64,000 nucleotides of DNA from a bacterium (GTDB lineage Bacteria; Desulfobacterota; DSWW01). The position numbers and the translations under genes were made by a program. Below the pieces are notes generated by a model that ran no database searches, was not told the DNA's origin, and saw only the letters and a list, made by a program, of their open reading frames with translations. This document shows positions 1 to 11,383 of the stretch, one piece after another. The stretch covers positions 1 through 64,000 of the forward strand of contig JBFLZG010000042.1 of assembly GCA_040756235.1 (NCBI GenBank), given 5' to 3'. The number at the start of each line of letters is the position of its first letter. Within the stretch, counting starts at the first letter, position 1.

Positions 1-343
1 GTATATCCTGGCTTCCGTTGGTTTCCACCAGGACCGTGTAGCCTTCTCCCAGCAGGGCTAGGACGAGCTCCGGGCACCGGGGCTGGAGCAGGGGCTCACC
101 ACCGGTCACTTCGACGAGGCCGACCCCATAAGAGCGCGCGACGCCCAGGATCTGCGCGAGCGTCATCGGCTGCCCCTCTTCGTAGGCATAGGAAGTGTCG
201 CAATAGGAGCAGCGCAGATTGCAGCCGGTCAGGCGCACGAAGGTGCACGGCAGACCGGCGAAGGAAGACTCCCCCTGCAGGCTGGAAAAGATCTCGTTGA
301 CGATCAGGGAATCAGCGCTGGATGGCGCGGTGGGTGAACTCAT
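1..343 (-). CDS. queE: 7-carboxy-7-deazaguanine synthase (radical SAM); 3' end outside window
   Basis: Hand translation of minus strand: MSSPTAPSSADSLIVNEIFSSLQGESSFAGLPCTFVRLTGCNLRCSYCDT...VEVTGGEPLLQ...LVETNGS; CxxxCxxC plus QGE and TGGEP motifs; start uncertain. Confidence 0.85.
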   Translation of the reverse strand, partial: MSSPTAPSSADSLIVNEIFSSLQGESSFAGLPCTFVRLTGCNLRCSYCDTSYAYEEGQPMTLAQILGVARSYGVGLVEVTGGEPLLQPRCPELVLALLGEGYTVLVETNGSQDI

Positions 344-1112
344 CGTCCGGTATGTTTTGGTTGAGCTGGACGTTTTCCAGCAGGATTTCGGTCTTGTGCT
401 CTTTCTGGACGTTCTGCATGGTGAATTGGAGAGGCAGGACCTGATCTCCCACGGGTCCGACCTTGAGGACCTCCATGATCTTGTACTGCTTTCCCTGCTT
501 GTCGTAGAATTCGATCTTCTGGGGGATGAAGTCCTCCTTGCGGACCCAGGAGACCAGCTTGCTGTATTCGGAATCGCTCGTCGGCTTGGGGACGGACTCG
601 ACGGCCCAGCAGACTTTGCCACCCACCTCTTCTTCGGCCAGCATCCGGTGGTCGGCCTCATCGACATCCGCGTTCTCCATGTCCGCGTAAGAAAAATCGC
701 TCCCCATGAATCTCTCGTGCTTTTGCTCCGAGGCGATCCGCCGGATCTTCTTCAAAGCGGGCAGGTAGATGAACACGTCGTTCGGCTGACCCGTGTGCTC
801 CCACACGAGGAAGGCGGTTCCCTTCACGTCGGCCGGCGACAGGAAGTAAGCCACGCTCATGGACTTCCCGCTCTCGTCCTCTTTCCTCTTGGTGAGAATC
901 TTACGTACCCGCCGGTCACCGCCCTTGCTGATCAGAGTCATCGTGAGGTCGGAAATCGAGTTCGCGGGGAACTGCTTCTCCCGGGCTTTCAGCATGATGT
1001 CCCGGGCGGAGGGATGCTCGTCGGCCGTCCAGCCCGGGAAGGGCGCCAGAGACGAAACAGCGAACGTCGCGACGGAAGCAACGGCCAGGAGCTTTCTGGA
1101 AAGAGCGCGCAT
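312..1112 (-). CDS. Outer-membrane lipoprotein-sorting (LolA-like) exported protein
   Basis: Signal peptide MRALSRK...; motifs PADVKGTAFL, YLPALKKIRRI, FMGSDFSYAD; GGAG RBS. Confidence 0.75.
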   Translation of the reverse strand: MRALSRKLLAVASVATFAVSSLAPFPGWTADEHPSARDIMLKAREKQFPANSISDLTMTLISKGGDRRVRKILTKRKEDESGKSMSVAYFLSPADVKGTAFLVWEHTGQPNDVFIYLPALKKIRRIASEQKHERFMGSDFSYADMENADVDEADHRMLAEEEVGGKVCWAVESVPKPTSDSEYSKLVSWVRKEDFIPQKIEFYDKQGKQYKIMEVLKVGPVGDQVLPLQFTMQNVQKEHKTEILLENVQLNQNIPDDEFTHRAIQR

Positions 1113-1198
1113 GGTCTTTTCTCCTCCGGAGCCCGGACAATGCAGAAGGGCCGCCTGGATGAGAATCGAAAAAAAAGGCAACCGTTTCTAACTTATTG

Positions 1199-1226
1199 CA
1201 TATACCACGGGAAAAAGGTGTGTCAA
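1199..1226 (-). promoter_or_regulatory. Candidate sigma70 promoter for LolA-like gene/queE
   Basis: Minus strand TTGACA-16 bp-TATATG with TG extension, in AT-rich divergent gap. Confidence 0.5.
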
Positions 1227-1336
1227 CCGGTTCGGCGGGCGATCGGCGCGGCGTCGTGCCGGCGTATTGTAGCAGCAGCCCGGTTGTGGTAGTTCTAAAA
1301 GGAACATCCCGGTTTCAAACCCGTTTGGAATCTGAC

Positions 1337-1648
1337 ATGAAGGCGTCTGGTGAACGCAAGTCTGCGGGAGAGGTCCGGCGGATTCGGATGACCGTGTCGG
1401 GCCGCGTTCAGGGAGTGTTCTTCCGGCACCATACGCGCGAGCAGGCGGAGAGGATCGGCATCACAGGGTGGGTCCGGAATCTTCCGGACGGCAGAGTGGA
1501 GGTCGTTGCGGAAGGGACCCCCGAGCAGCTTCGCCTGTTGGAGGCCTCGTGCTGGGAGGGGCCCCCGTATGCCCGGGTGCAGGACGTCCTCGTCCGGGAG
1601 GAGCCGGTCCGGGAGGGAGAATTCTCTTCCTTTGAAGTCGTCTACTGA
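1337..1648 (+). CDS. acyP: Acylphosphatase
   Basis: [11 protein letters not shown] and [17 protein letters not shown] signatures. Confidence 0.9.
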   Translation: MKASGERKSAGEVRRIRMTVSGRVQGVFFRHHTREQAERIGITGWVRNLPDGRVEVVAEGTPEQLRLLEASCWEGPPYARVQDVLVREEPVREGEFSSFEVVY

Positions 1649-1712
1649 GCGTGAACAGATTTCGGGTGAGAATGGGGACAAGGCGAGGGAGTGGGCCCGG
1701 CGGCGCCGCTCC

Positions 1713-2327
1713 ATGGTGGAGCATCAACTCCGAAGCAGGGGGATACGGGACGAGAGGGTGCTGGAAGCCATGAGCCGTGTGCCGCGGCACCGGTTCGTGC
1801 CCGAGGCTTTGCAGGATTACGCCTATGAGGATGGGCCTCTCGGGATCGGCGAAGGGCAGACGATCTCCCAACCCTATATGGTCGCTCTGATGACGGAATG
1901 TCTCGATCCGCAACCCCAGGACCATGTTCTGGAAATCGGAACGGGCTCGGGCTATCAAACGGCCGTCCTGGCAGAGCTGGTCAGGGAGGTCCATTCCGTT
2001 GAGAGGCTTGCGGAGCTGGCGGACCGTGCGTCTTTTCTGCTCTCCGGTCTCGGCTACAGGAACGTATGGCTCCAGGTCGGCGACGGGACGCTGGGTGTCC
2101 CTGAGAGAGCCCCCTTCCAAGGCATCCTCGTTACCGCCGGCGCGCCGGAGGTCCCGGCGGCTCTGCTCGATCAGCTCGCCGTGGACGGCCGCCTCGTGAT
2201 ACCCATCGGCAGCCCCTACCACCAGACCCTCTACAAGGTCGTTCGAGAGGCCGCGGGCCATCGCAGGGAGGCTGTAACCGGATGTGTTTTCGTGCCTCTC
2301 ATCGGCGTACAGGGCTGGGAAGGATAA
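1713..2327 (+). CDS. pcm: Protein-L-isoaspartate O-methyltransferase
   Basis: VPRHRFV, GQTISQPYMVA, VLEIGTGSGYQTAVLA, FVPLIG; start may be slightly upstream. Confidence 0.92.
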   Translation: MVEHQLRSRGIRDERVLEAMSRVPRHRFVPEALQDYAYEDGPLGIGEGQTISQPYMVALMTECLDPQPQDHVLEIGTGSGYQTAVLAELVREVHSVERLAELADRASFLLSGLGYRNVWLQVGDGTLGVPERAPFQGILVTAGAPEVPAALLDQLAVDGRLVIPIGSPYHQTLYKVVREAAGHRREAVTGCVFVPLIGVQGWEG

Positions 2328-2359
2328 TCCGATCCACACAGACTTGCCGGGAGTGGAAC

Positions 2360-3163
2360 ATGCGTGCAAGAGTCCTCGTGGTCTTGGTCCTCTTTCTCCT
2401 CGGGTGGCTGGCGACGCCGGGATGCAAGTCCTCGGAACCCGATCTTCTCCTGGTGAAGGTCAAGGCCGTCATGCTGGACCCGCAAACTGGCTCTCCGGTG
2501 TTGTTTCTGGTCGATGAGAAGTCGGGCCGCGGCCTTCCGGTCTGGATCGGCATGAACGAGGCTCGCTCCATCACCATGGAGATGCAGGGCGTCGCGCCGC
2601 CCCGTCCGCTCACGCACGATCTGTTGAAGCAGATCCTGGATCTGTCCGAGACCCGGGTCGAGAAGGTCGTGCTGACCGATCTGCAGGAGAATACCTATAT
2701 CGCGGTCCTTTCACTGCGGGCCGGATCCAAGCACTGGGATCTGGACAGCAGGCCGAGCGACGCGATCGCGCTCGCGTTGAAGTCCGAGGCTCCCATCTAC
2801 GTGTCCCGCAAACTCCGCGAAACCGGGGCCTTCGTGAGCCTGCAGGACTCCCCTTTCCTCGCGCCGGTCGAGCTGCGGCTCGGATTCGGCGCCCAGGATC
2901 TTTCATCGGAGCTGGCCGAGTATTTCAGGCTCGAAGGCAAGAAGGGCGTACTCCTGACCGAGGTCACTCCGGAGAGTGCCGCCGACAAAGCCGGCATGCG
3001 GAAGGCGGACCTGCTGGTGGCGATCGACGGGGATCCGATCGAGAGCGTCGGGGAGCTGCGCTCGGTGCTGGAGGAGAAGGAGTCAAAGGAATCGATGCAA
3101 GTCGAGCTCTATCGGAGCGGGAAGACGGTTCTGTCCAAGCTGCAGCCGAAGCAGAGCGAGTAG
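2360..3163 (+). CDS. DUF151/bifunctional-nuclease domain plus C-terminal PDZ, with lipoprotein-type signal
   Basis: LPVWIG, PRPLTHDL, DSRPSDAIALAL; PDZ-like GVLLTEVTPESAADKAGMRKADLLVAIDG; hydrophobic N-terminus ending ...TPGC. Confidence 0.8.
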   Translation: MRARVLVVLVLFLLGWLATPGCKSSEPDLLLVKVKAVMLDPQTGSPVLFLVDEKSGRGLPVWIGMNEARSITMEMQGVAPPRPLTHDLLKQILDLSETRVEKVVLTDLQENTYIAVLSLRAGSKHWDLDSRPSDAIALALKSEAPIYVSRKLRETGAFVSLQDSPFLAPVELRLGFGAQDLSSELAEYFRLEGKKGVLLTEVTPESAADKAGMRKADLLVAIDGDPIESVGELRSVLEEKESKESMQVELYRSGKTVLSKLQPKQSE

Positions 3164-3181
3164 CCACGAAGAAGGAGGTAG

Positions 3182-4475
<1,294 letters not shown>

Positions 4476-4477
<2 letters not shown>

Positions 4478-4667
4478 GAGGTTGTCGATAAACGGCCATC
4501 TGCGGCGGCTGTTGCGAGCGAGGGAAGTGGAGATCGCGAGGCTCTGCGAAGCAACCTCCCAGTACCCCCGCGCGTGAGCTGTGGCCGCGGGTTTCCTCGT
4601 CGCCACGGCTCCTCGGAAGAGGCCCAAGGACTTCGCACGGTATCTGGCCATTTCTTACCAGCCTCTC
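4476..4667. mobile_element. MITE-like element variant with different interior
   Basis: Imperfect terminal inverted repeats GAGAGGTTGTCGATAAACGGCCA...TGGCCATTTCTTACCAGCCTCTC; left end resembles copies at 6897, 28432 and 63326; overlaps eno stop. Confidence 0.55.
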
Positions 4668-4876
4668 AAGGGGTGTTCTCGCGAGGTCCTGACCGAGAGG
4701 GGCTTGGGGAAGCGCGCGGAACGAGCTCGGGCGGAGTGTCGATTTCGAAGGTTCCGCTCAAGGTTTACACTGTGGTCTCCGTGTGATATCAATAAAAAAT
4801 TCTTCTTTTGCGAAACCGGCGCTCCATGGTGCGCGGGGTCCGTCCGCTCATTCCAGGTAACGGAGAGGCTCAATCT

Positions 4877-6898
4877 ATGGCTGTGCTAGACATCCAGAAG
4901 ATCCGCAACATCGCCCTCGTGGGTCACGAAGGGTCGGGGAAGACGACCCTCATCGAGGCTTTTTTATTCCGGGCTGGCCTGACGAGCCGGATGGGGAGCA
5001 TCCGTGAGGGAAATACGGTCAGCGATTTCGACCCGGATGAGCGGGATTCGGGCAAATCGTTCATGACTTCCACTCTGTCCTTTTCCCACCAGGGGGTGCA
5101 CTTCAACTTCCTCGATGTGCCGGGCTCGCCGGATTGCATCGGGGAGGCGCTGACCGCTCTGCGTGCCGTCGAGTGTGCGCTGATCTGCGTCGACGCGACC
5201 AGCGGCGTGAAGGTGAACACGCGCAGGATGTGGGTGGAGGCGCAGCGGATCGGACTGCCGTGCTGCTTTGCCATTACGCGGCTGGACGCGGAAAACACGC
5301 AGTTCGGCAAGACGCTCGCCGAGATCCAGGAGCACTTCGGAGACCGTTGCATCCCGGTGCTGTGGCCGGACGGATCCGCCGGGGGGTTCCGCAAGGTGGC
5401 GCCGGTGTTTCCTGCGGACGGCAAGATTCCCGAGGAGGTCCAGCCCCAGCGCGAGAAGCTCATCGAGGCGGTGGTCGAGGCGGACGACGCCTTGATGGAA
5501 AGATACCTCGAGGGCGAGGCGATCGAAGAGGAAACGCTTCGGGAAACCTTCAGGAAGGCGCTGCTTGAGCGGGTCTTGTTCCCGGTTCTGGTCGTATCCT
5601 CGGAACGCCAGATCGGCGTGGACGAGTCGCTCGGCTTCCTGGCTTCGCTCACGCCCTCTCCCGACCGCTTCCGGAGGAAGGCCCTCAAGGGGGAGACGGA
5701 GATCCCTCTCGATCCTGCCAACGGGTTCGTGGGTTTCGTGTACCGGACCGTGGCGGACGAGTTCGTCACCCGGATCTCCACCATCCGGATCCTTTCCGGG
5801 CGGCTCGCTTCGAACAGCTCTTTCGTCAACCGCCGATCCGGCAAGACCGAACGGCTGGGCCCCCTATTGCGCGTCCTGGGGAAGGAGCAGAAGAACCTCG
5901 AGGACGCCGGGGCCGGGGACATTGTCGCGGTCGCCAAGATCGAGAACATGCTGGCCGGAGACACGCTGACCGATGACAAGACCGACGTCCGGCTCCCCGA
6001 GATCCAGTTCCCCACACCCATGGTTTCGCAGGCCGTGAAGCCGAAAAGCCGTGGGGACGAGCAGAAGATCGGAACGGCCCTGAAGGAGCTGGCTCAGGAC
6101 GACCGGACCTTCACGGTTTTCGCCGACCCCCAGACCGGAGACCTGGTCGTCAGCGGCATGTCGGATCTGCACCTCTCCCTGATGCTCAGGAGGCTCAAGA
6201 GAAGACGCAAGGTGGAGGTCGAGACGGCGCCCCCCAAGATCCCGTACAAGGAGACCATCACCAAGAGCGTTCAGTACGTGGAATACACCCACAAGAAGCA
6301 GACCGGAGGGGCGGGCCAGTACGCCAAGGTCTACATCGACATGGAGCCCAACGAGAGGGGGGGCGGATACGAGTTCCAGGACAAGATCTTCGGCGGTGTG
6401 ATCGACCAGTCGCTGCGCCCGTCCGTGGACAAGGGGATCCAGGCCAAGATGAACGAGGGGGTCATCTCGGGCTACCCGGTCGTGGACGTCCGCGTGAAGT
6501 TGGTGGACGGCAAGACCCATCCCGTGGATTCCAAGGACATCGCCTTCCAGATCGCAGGCCGGGAGGTGTTCAAGAAGGCTTTCATCCAGTGCGATCCCGT
6601 GCTTCTCGAGCCCATCGTGAAGGTGGAGATCGTCGTGCCCAAGTCGAACATCGGGGACGTCATGGGGGACCTGAACAGCCGGCGGGGACGGATCCTGACG
6701 ACCAGCACGGAAGGCCCGCTCTCGGTCGTCCATGCGCTCGTTCCGCTCGCCGAGGTCCAGAGCTATCAGGCCGATCTGAAGTCCATGACGGGCGGAGAGG
6801 GTTCCTATACGGTCGAATTCGACCATTATGATGTCGTGCCCGCCCATATCCAGAAGACCATCGTGGCCAAGTACGAGGCCGAGCAGCAGCAGAAGTAG
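4877..6898 (+). CDS. Elongation factor G-like protein (EF-G2-type paralogue)
   Basis: IRNIALVGHEGSGKTT, PYKETI, HKKQTGGAGQYAKV, LLEPI; GTPase motifs divergent; not in an str operon. Confidence 0.9.
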   Translation: MAVLDIQKIRNIALVGHEGSGKTTLIEAFLFRAGLTSRMGSIREGNTVSDFDPDERDSGKSFMTSTLSFSHQGVHFNFLDVPGSPDCIGEALTALRAVECALICVDATSGVKVNTRRMWVEAQRIGLPCCFAITRLDAENTQFGKTLAEIQEHFGDRCIPVLWPDGSAGGFRKVAPVFPADGKIPEEVQPQREKLIEAVVEADDALMERYLEGEAIEEETLRETFRKALLERVLFPVLVVSSERQIGVDESLGFLASLTPSPDRFRRKALKGETEIPLDPANGFVGFVYRTVADEFVTRISTIRILSGRLASNSSFVNRRSGKTERLGPLLRVLGKEQKNLEDAGAGDIVAVAKIENMLAGDTLTDDKTDVRLPEIQFPTPMVSQAVKPKSRGDEQKIGTALKELAQDDRTFTVFADPQTGDLVVSGMSDLHLSLMLRRLKRRRKVEVETAPPKIPYKETITKSVQYVEYTHKKQTGGAGQYAKVYIDMEPNERGGGYEFQDKIFGGVIDQSLRPSVDKGIQAKMNEGVISGYPVVDVRVKLVDGKTHPVDSKDIAFQIAGREVFKKAFIQCDPVLLEPIVKVEIVVPKSNIGDVMGDLNSRRGRILTTSTEGPLSVVHALVPLAEVQSYQADLKSMTGGEGSYTVEFDHYDVVPAHIQKTIVAKYEAEQQQK

Positions 6899-7050
6899 AG
6901 CCTGTCCCAAAACGCCCATCTGCGGCGTTGCGCTCATCCCTCGTCGTTGCGGCGTACTGAAATGTACGCCTCATTCCTCGAGATCTCGCGCGCCTTGCAT
7001 CTGGGCATTTTTGAACAGGCTCTCGGATTGGAGCTTTCGGGACAAGTTCG
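6897..7050 (+). mobile_element. MITE-like ~150 bp repeat, full copy
   Basis: AGAGCCTGTCCCAAAACGCCCATCTGCGGCGTTGCGCTCATCC...GCCTTGCATCTGGGCATTTTTGAACAGGCTCT...TTTCGGGACAAG; closely matches 63326-63479 and inverted 49132-49282. Confidence 0.8.
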
Positions 7051-7376
7051 AAGTAGAGAGACACCCAGCAAAGCTTGCGCGAGATCCGTGTCCCACAGCT
7101 TCTGCAGCGGTCGGTCGGCGCGACGTGCGGACGGCGCGCTCAGGCAGCTCCTGCCGGGGGCGGCGCGGGCGACCATTTCCGGCAGACCGTCCGGACGTTT
7201 CTCCGCCAGCGCCTACCAGATGAAGTTCTTCGCGATCTGCCTCTTGTCGTGACCGCGCCAAGTCATCCGAAAGGGGAACCCCTGGTTCTCGTTGTCCTCA
7301 TCAAGAATCAGGAGTACGGCGCCCGGCCTTGCCCCGAGAGGTCCGGTGGCTCTTCACCTCCGGGAGGAAAAGGACC

Positions 7377-8039
7377 ATGCCCGTGCTCGTGGAAAAAGTG
7401 ACGTTTTCATCCGCCGCGGGATCCGTGCGTCTGGAGGGGTCGCTCGGCCGGGACACGGGGATCGCCGCGGCTTCGGGAATCGTTCTCTGCCACCCCCATC
7501 CCCTGTACGGGGGCTCCATGGACAACAACGTGGTCAGCGCGCTCTTTCGAGCCTTCACGCGGGCAGGGTACGTGACGCTCGCCTTCAACTTTCGGGGCGT
7601 AGGCGGGAGTGAGGGGCGGTACGAGGATGGGGAGGGAGAGGCGGGCGACGTGGAAGGGGCGATCAGATTCCTTGAAGGCCTGCCCTGGGTCCGGCCGGAG
7701 AGCCTGGGACTGTGGGGATACTCCTTCGGCGCCTGGGTCGGCTTGCGAGCCGCCGCCCGGGGAGACCGGGTCCGGTGCCTGGGCGCCGTGGCGCCTCCGA
7801 CGGGTCTCTACTCGTTCGAGTTCCTCGCAGGCTGCAAGCACCCCTTTTACGCCATCTCCGGGAACGAGGATCCCTTCTGCCCGGCTGCTTCCCGGGACGC
7901 TCTGCTCCCCCTGCTCGAGGCTGTCAAGGAATGGAGGATTCTGCAGGGGGTCGACCACTTCTTCTGGGGTCGAGAGGAAGAGATGGCCCGGTTTGCGTGC
8001 CAGGCCTTCCACCCGCATCTGTCGAGCGGATGTCGATAG
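7377..8039 (+). CDS. Alpha/beta hydrolase
   Basis: CHPHPLYGGSMDNNVV, FNFRGVGGSEG, nucleophile GYSFG, DHFF. Confidence 0.9.
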   Translation: MPVLVEKVTFSSAAGSVRLEGSLGRDTGIAAASGIVLCHPHPLYGGSMDNNVVSALFRAFTRAGYVTLAFNFRGVGGSEGRYEDGEGEAGDVEGAIRFLEGLPWVRPESLGLWGYSFGAWVGLRAAARGDRVRCLGAVAPPTGLYSFEFLAGCKHPFYAISGNEDPFCPAASRDALLPLLEAVKEWRILQGVDHFFWGREEEMARFACQAFHPHLSSGCR

Positions 8040-8068
8040 ACGGCCATCTGGGGGCGTTGCGCTCATCC
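8026..8068 (+). repeat. MITE left-end remnant containing the hydrolase stop codon
   Basis: TGTCGATAGACGGCCATCTGGGGGCGTTGCGCTCATCC resembles the element left end. Confidence 0.55.
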
Positions 8069-8104
8069 TGTGAGTGTGAGTTGCCGATCGTCGGCTGCCA
8101 GCTG

Positions 8105-9745
8105 TCAGCAACTCCGTCCCAGGCTCCTTCGAGGGCCCGCGTCTGCCGAGTCGGGGCGTGCGGCCGATGCTCCTGCTCTTCCTCTCTGTGCCAGTCGCCT
8201 TTGAATTTCCTCCCGGAGGCTCACCAGGAGGAAGAACGCCACGAGCAGAGAGCAGGCGGTCGGGAACCAGTCTCCCCAGGACTTGTAGAGGGTGGGAATG
8301 TCCAGGAGCTCGATGGAAGAGACGCGGACCGCCTGGGAGAACAGGTCCGTGCGGTTCAGGATCCTGCCCGTGGGGTCCACGAAGGCGCTGATCCCCGTGT
8401 TTGCGGCCCGTACCATCCACACGCGGTTTTCGACGGCACGGAAGGAGGCGAGCATCAGGTGCTGCTCCGGGCAGTTCGTGTCGCCGAACCACACGTCGTT
8501 CGTGATGTTCACCAGGAATTTCGCCCCCGAGTTGACCATGACTCGCGAGAGGTTTCCCAGGATAGCCTCGTAGCAGATGAGAGGGCCGAAACAACGAGCG
8601 TCCCAGCAGAGGGGCCCGAGCCTCTCACCCGGCCGGAAGTCGCCCACGCCCCCGACGAGGTTCTTGAGCTGCGGAATCCAGTCCGAAAAAGGCATGTACT
8701 CGCCGAATGCCAGCAGGCGGACTTTGTCGTATCGCCCCTGGAGCGCTCCTTTCCCGTTGAGCAGGTAGGCCGAGTTTCGCGGCCCCTCGGCTCCGATGGA
8801 CCAGGAACCGAACAGCACCGGAGTGCCGAAGGACTCGACCATCCGGCTCAGGAGGCCGCTCGCAGAGCGGGGGCCTCCCCGGGGGTCGTAGCGGAACGGC
8901 ACGGCGGACTCGGGCCAGACGACGAACTCGGCGCCCTGTCTCACCGCCTCCTGTGACAGTGCCCGGTAACGCCGCCAGAACTTCTGCTCGTAACCGGCGG
9001 ACTGCTTGTCCTCGATATGCACGTCGGCTTGCACGATCCCCACCGCAATGGGGCGGCCTTCTTCTTGCCGTTCCCGGATCGAGTCCGTTCGAGCGTAGCC
9101 ATAGGCCAGAGCGGCAGCCACGAACAAGAGGGCCAGCAGGCTGGAAGCAAGCGGGTAGGGGCGTCGCTTCAGGAAGAAACGCAGTACCTCGAACAGGGCC
9201 GCGTTTACGGCCACCAGCAGGGCGGTGACCCCGAACACTCCGAAGATATCGCTGATCTGGATCAGGGGAACGACGCCATAGAGCCCCGCTCCGAGGTGCC
9301 ACGGAAAGATGAAAGGAAAAAGGAACTCCATGGCCGTATACGAGACGGGGAGAACCAGCAGGGAGGGCAGCCCCCTGCGCCTCGTGAGAAGCAGGTAGGC
9401 CAGAGCCATGCCGCCGAAGGCGAGACCGGAGTAAAGGCTGAAGAAGATCCAGGCCAGGATGCTCAGCATGGAGCTGAGATCGCTGTATCTCTGTACGGTG
9501 CCTACGATCCAGGGAAAGCAGATGAGATGGATCATGGTCCCGCACAGCCAGCCGATGAAGAATCCGGCCCTCGAGTCCGCTTCCTCCAGGGCCAGCAGCA
9601 GAGGGACGAGGGCGATCCAGCAGAGGGCGTGCCAGTGGATATCGGGAGAGGCCAGCCCGTACAGGGCGGCGGTCAGGAAGCACAGCAGGAAGACCCGCAG
9701 AGTCTGCCTGTGGTCCCGGTATCGCACGGCGGAAAGCATCTTCAT
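8105..9745 (-). CDS. lnt: Apolipoprotein N-acyltransferase
   Basis: Multiple TM segments; VWPESA, YDKVRLLAFGEYMP, LICYEA, NITNDVWFG, RAANTGIS; start approximate. Confidence 0.93.
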   Translation of the reverse strand: MKMLSAVRYRDHRQTLRVFLLCFLTAALYGLASPDIHWHALCWIALVPLLLALEEADSRAGFFIGWLCGTMIHLICFPWIVGTVQRYSDLSSMLSILAWIFFSLYSGLAFGGMALAYLLLTRRRGLPSLLVLPVSYTAMEFLFPFIFPWHLGAGLYGVVPLIQISDIFGVFGVTALLVAVNAALFEVLRFFLKRRPYPLASSLLALLFVAAALAYGYARTDSIRERQEEGRPIAVGIVQADVHIEDKQSAGYEQKFWRRYRALSQEAVRQGAEFVVWPESAVPFRYDPRGGPRSASGLLSRMVESFGTPVLFGSWSIGAEGPRNSAYLLNGKGALQGRYDKVRLLAFGEYMPFSDWIPQLKNLVGGVGDFRPGERLGPLCWDARCFGPLICYEAILGNLSRVMVNSGAKFLVNITNDVWFGDTNCPEQHLMLASFRAVENRVWMVRAANTGISAFVDPTGRILNRTDLFSQAVRVSSIELLDIPTLYKSWGDWFPTACSLLVAFFLLVSLREEIQRRLAQRGRAGASAARPDSADAGPRRSLGRSC

Positions 9746-10040
9746 CCGAAAGGTTCCCCGAAGGAGCGCACAGGGTCCGATTCTAAGCGGACGCGGGCAA
9801 CCCATCAAGGGCCGGCGCCGGAATCCGGTGCTCGGGCGAGGCTGGGACTGAGCCTTGCCGGGCCCGGCCCTCATGTTTCAGACGAAGCTTCCGCGGCAAC
9901 GGGTTGACAGGATTTCCTTCTTCTTGCTAGCGTTTGCGGACTGGAGAGGTGTCGCAGGGCCGCGGACGCCTTGCCGGAGGCCGGATCGTGGGGACGGGTA
10001 CGCCTGCCCCCGGAGAAACGGAAAAATCGCTGCAGCAAGG

Positions 10041-11363
10041 ATGGTCGGGATGCCGGAAAAGGCGCAGTTTCTGCCTCCCCGTGGCACCCGGGACTTCTAC
10101 CCGGAACAGATGCGGCCGCGCAACGGCCTCTTTTCGCTCTGGCGCAACGTTGCCGGGGCTTTCGGGTTCGTAGAGTACGACAGCTGTGTGCTGGAGCACG
10201 AGGAGCTCTACATCCTCAAGTCCGGCGAAGAGATCGTGGGGCAGCTGTTCAACTTTACCGACAAGGGAGGCCGCCGCGTCGCCCTGCGACCCGAGATGAC
10301 CCCGAGCCTGGCCCGGATGATCGCGGCAAGAGGGAGCACTCTGCCCAGGCCGTTGAAGTGGTTTTCCATCGCCCAGTGCTTCCGATATGAGCGCATGGCC
10401 AGGGGCCGCAAGCGCGAGCATTACCAGTGGAACCTGGACATCGTGGGCGTGCCCGAGGTGACGGCCGAAGCGGAGTTGCTGGCCGCCGCGATCGAGGTGC
10501 TGGAACGGCTCGGATTGCGGGAATCGGACCTGGTCGTGCGCATCAGCCACAGGGGACTGCTGACAGCCGCTCTGGAAGCGCTGGAGATTGCCCCGGGACA
10601 GTGGCCGTCTTTGCTCGGGATCATCGACAAGCGCGGGAAGGAATCCGAGGAGTCGCTTTGGAAGCTCCTGCTGGCGCTCCGGATCCCGGAGGCCAGGCTG
10701 AGGGGTCTGCTGTCGCTGCTGGAAGGAGGCGATCTGGATGCATTCCGCGCTTTACTCGAGCCGAAGGGCCTGGGGCAGGATACGATCGTTCAGATCGAAG
10801 CTCTCTTCGGTTACCTGGAAGCATACGGGATCCGAGACTACTGTGAGTTCGCCCCGTCCGTGGTCCGCGGGCTGCCCTACTACACGGGAACGGTGTTCGA
10901 GTGCTTCGACCGGGAGGGCCGGTTCCGGGCCGTCTTCGGAGGAGGGCGTTACGACCGTCTTCTCGAGGTGTTCGGCGCCGAGCCCTCTCCGGCGGCCGGT
11001 CTGGGGTTCGGCGACGTGGTCATTCAGGAGCTGCTGGAAGCCCGAACCCTTCAACCGTGGCCCGATAGAAGGATGGACTTCTTTCTGGTACCCTTCTCGG
11101 AGGCGGAGCGTTCCGTCTCGATGCGGGTGGCTCGGGACCTGAGGAAGAAAGGCTTTGCCGTCGATCTTCTCCTGGGTACAAGGAAGCTCAAGGCGGCTCT
11201 TCGAGAGTCGGTCCGATCCCGCCCGGGGAGGGTCGTCCTGTTCCTTCCCGACGAGCTGGACCGAGGCGCCCTGGTCGTCAGAGACATGAGCTCGGGCCAG
11301 GAGGAGCGGGTGAGCATGGAGGTTTTTCTCGACGCCCCGCAAAGGTGGGCGGGGCCGGGGTGA
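10041..11363 (+). CDS. hisS: Histidine--tRNA ligase
   Basis: PRGTRDF, LRPEMTPSLAR, FRYER, VRGLPYYTG, GGGRYD, C-terminal anticodon domain; start 10041 or 10050. Confidence 0.95.
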   Translation: MVGMPEKAQFLPPRGTRDFYPEQMRPRNGLFSLWRNVAGAFGFVEYDSCVLEHEELYILKSGEEIVGQLFNFTDKGGRRVALRPEMTPSLARMIAARGSTLPRPLKWFSIAQCFRYERMARGRKREHYQWNLDIVGVPEVTAEAELLAAAIEVLERLGLRESDLVVRISHRGLLTAALEALEIAPGQWPSLLGIIDKRGKESEESLWKLLLALRIPEARLRGLLSLLEGGDLDAFRALLEPKGLGQDTIVQIEALFGYLEAYGIRDYCEFAPSVVRGLPYYTGTVFECFDREGRFRAVFGGGRYDRLLEVFGAEPSPAAGLGFGDVVIQELLEARTLQPWPDRRMDFFLVPFSEAERSVSMRVARDLRKKGFAVDLLLGTRKLKAALRESVRSRPGRVVLFLPDELDRGALVVRDMSSGQEERVSMEVFLDAPQRWAGPG

Positions 11364-11383
11364 ATCCGAGGGATGCGTCCGGA

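Noticed and set aside
7140..7266. Short minus-strand frame MTWRGHDKRQIAKNFIW*ALAEKRP... with an in-frame TAG (recoding or pseudogene)
   Set aside because: Too short, no family recognised, no supporting recoding signals.
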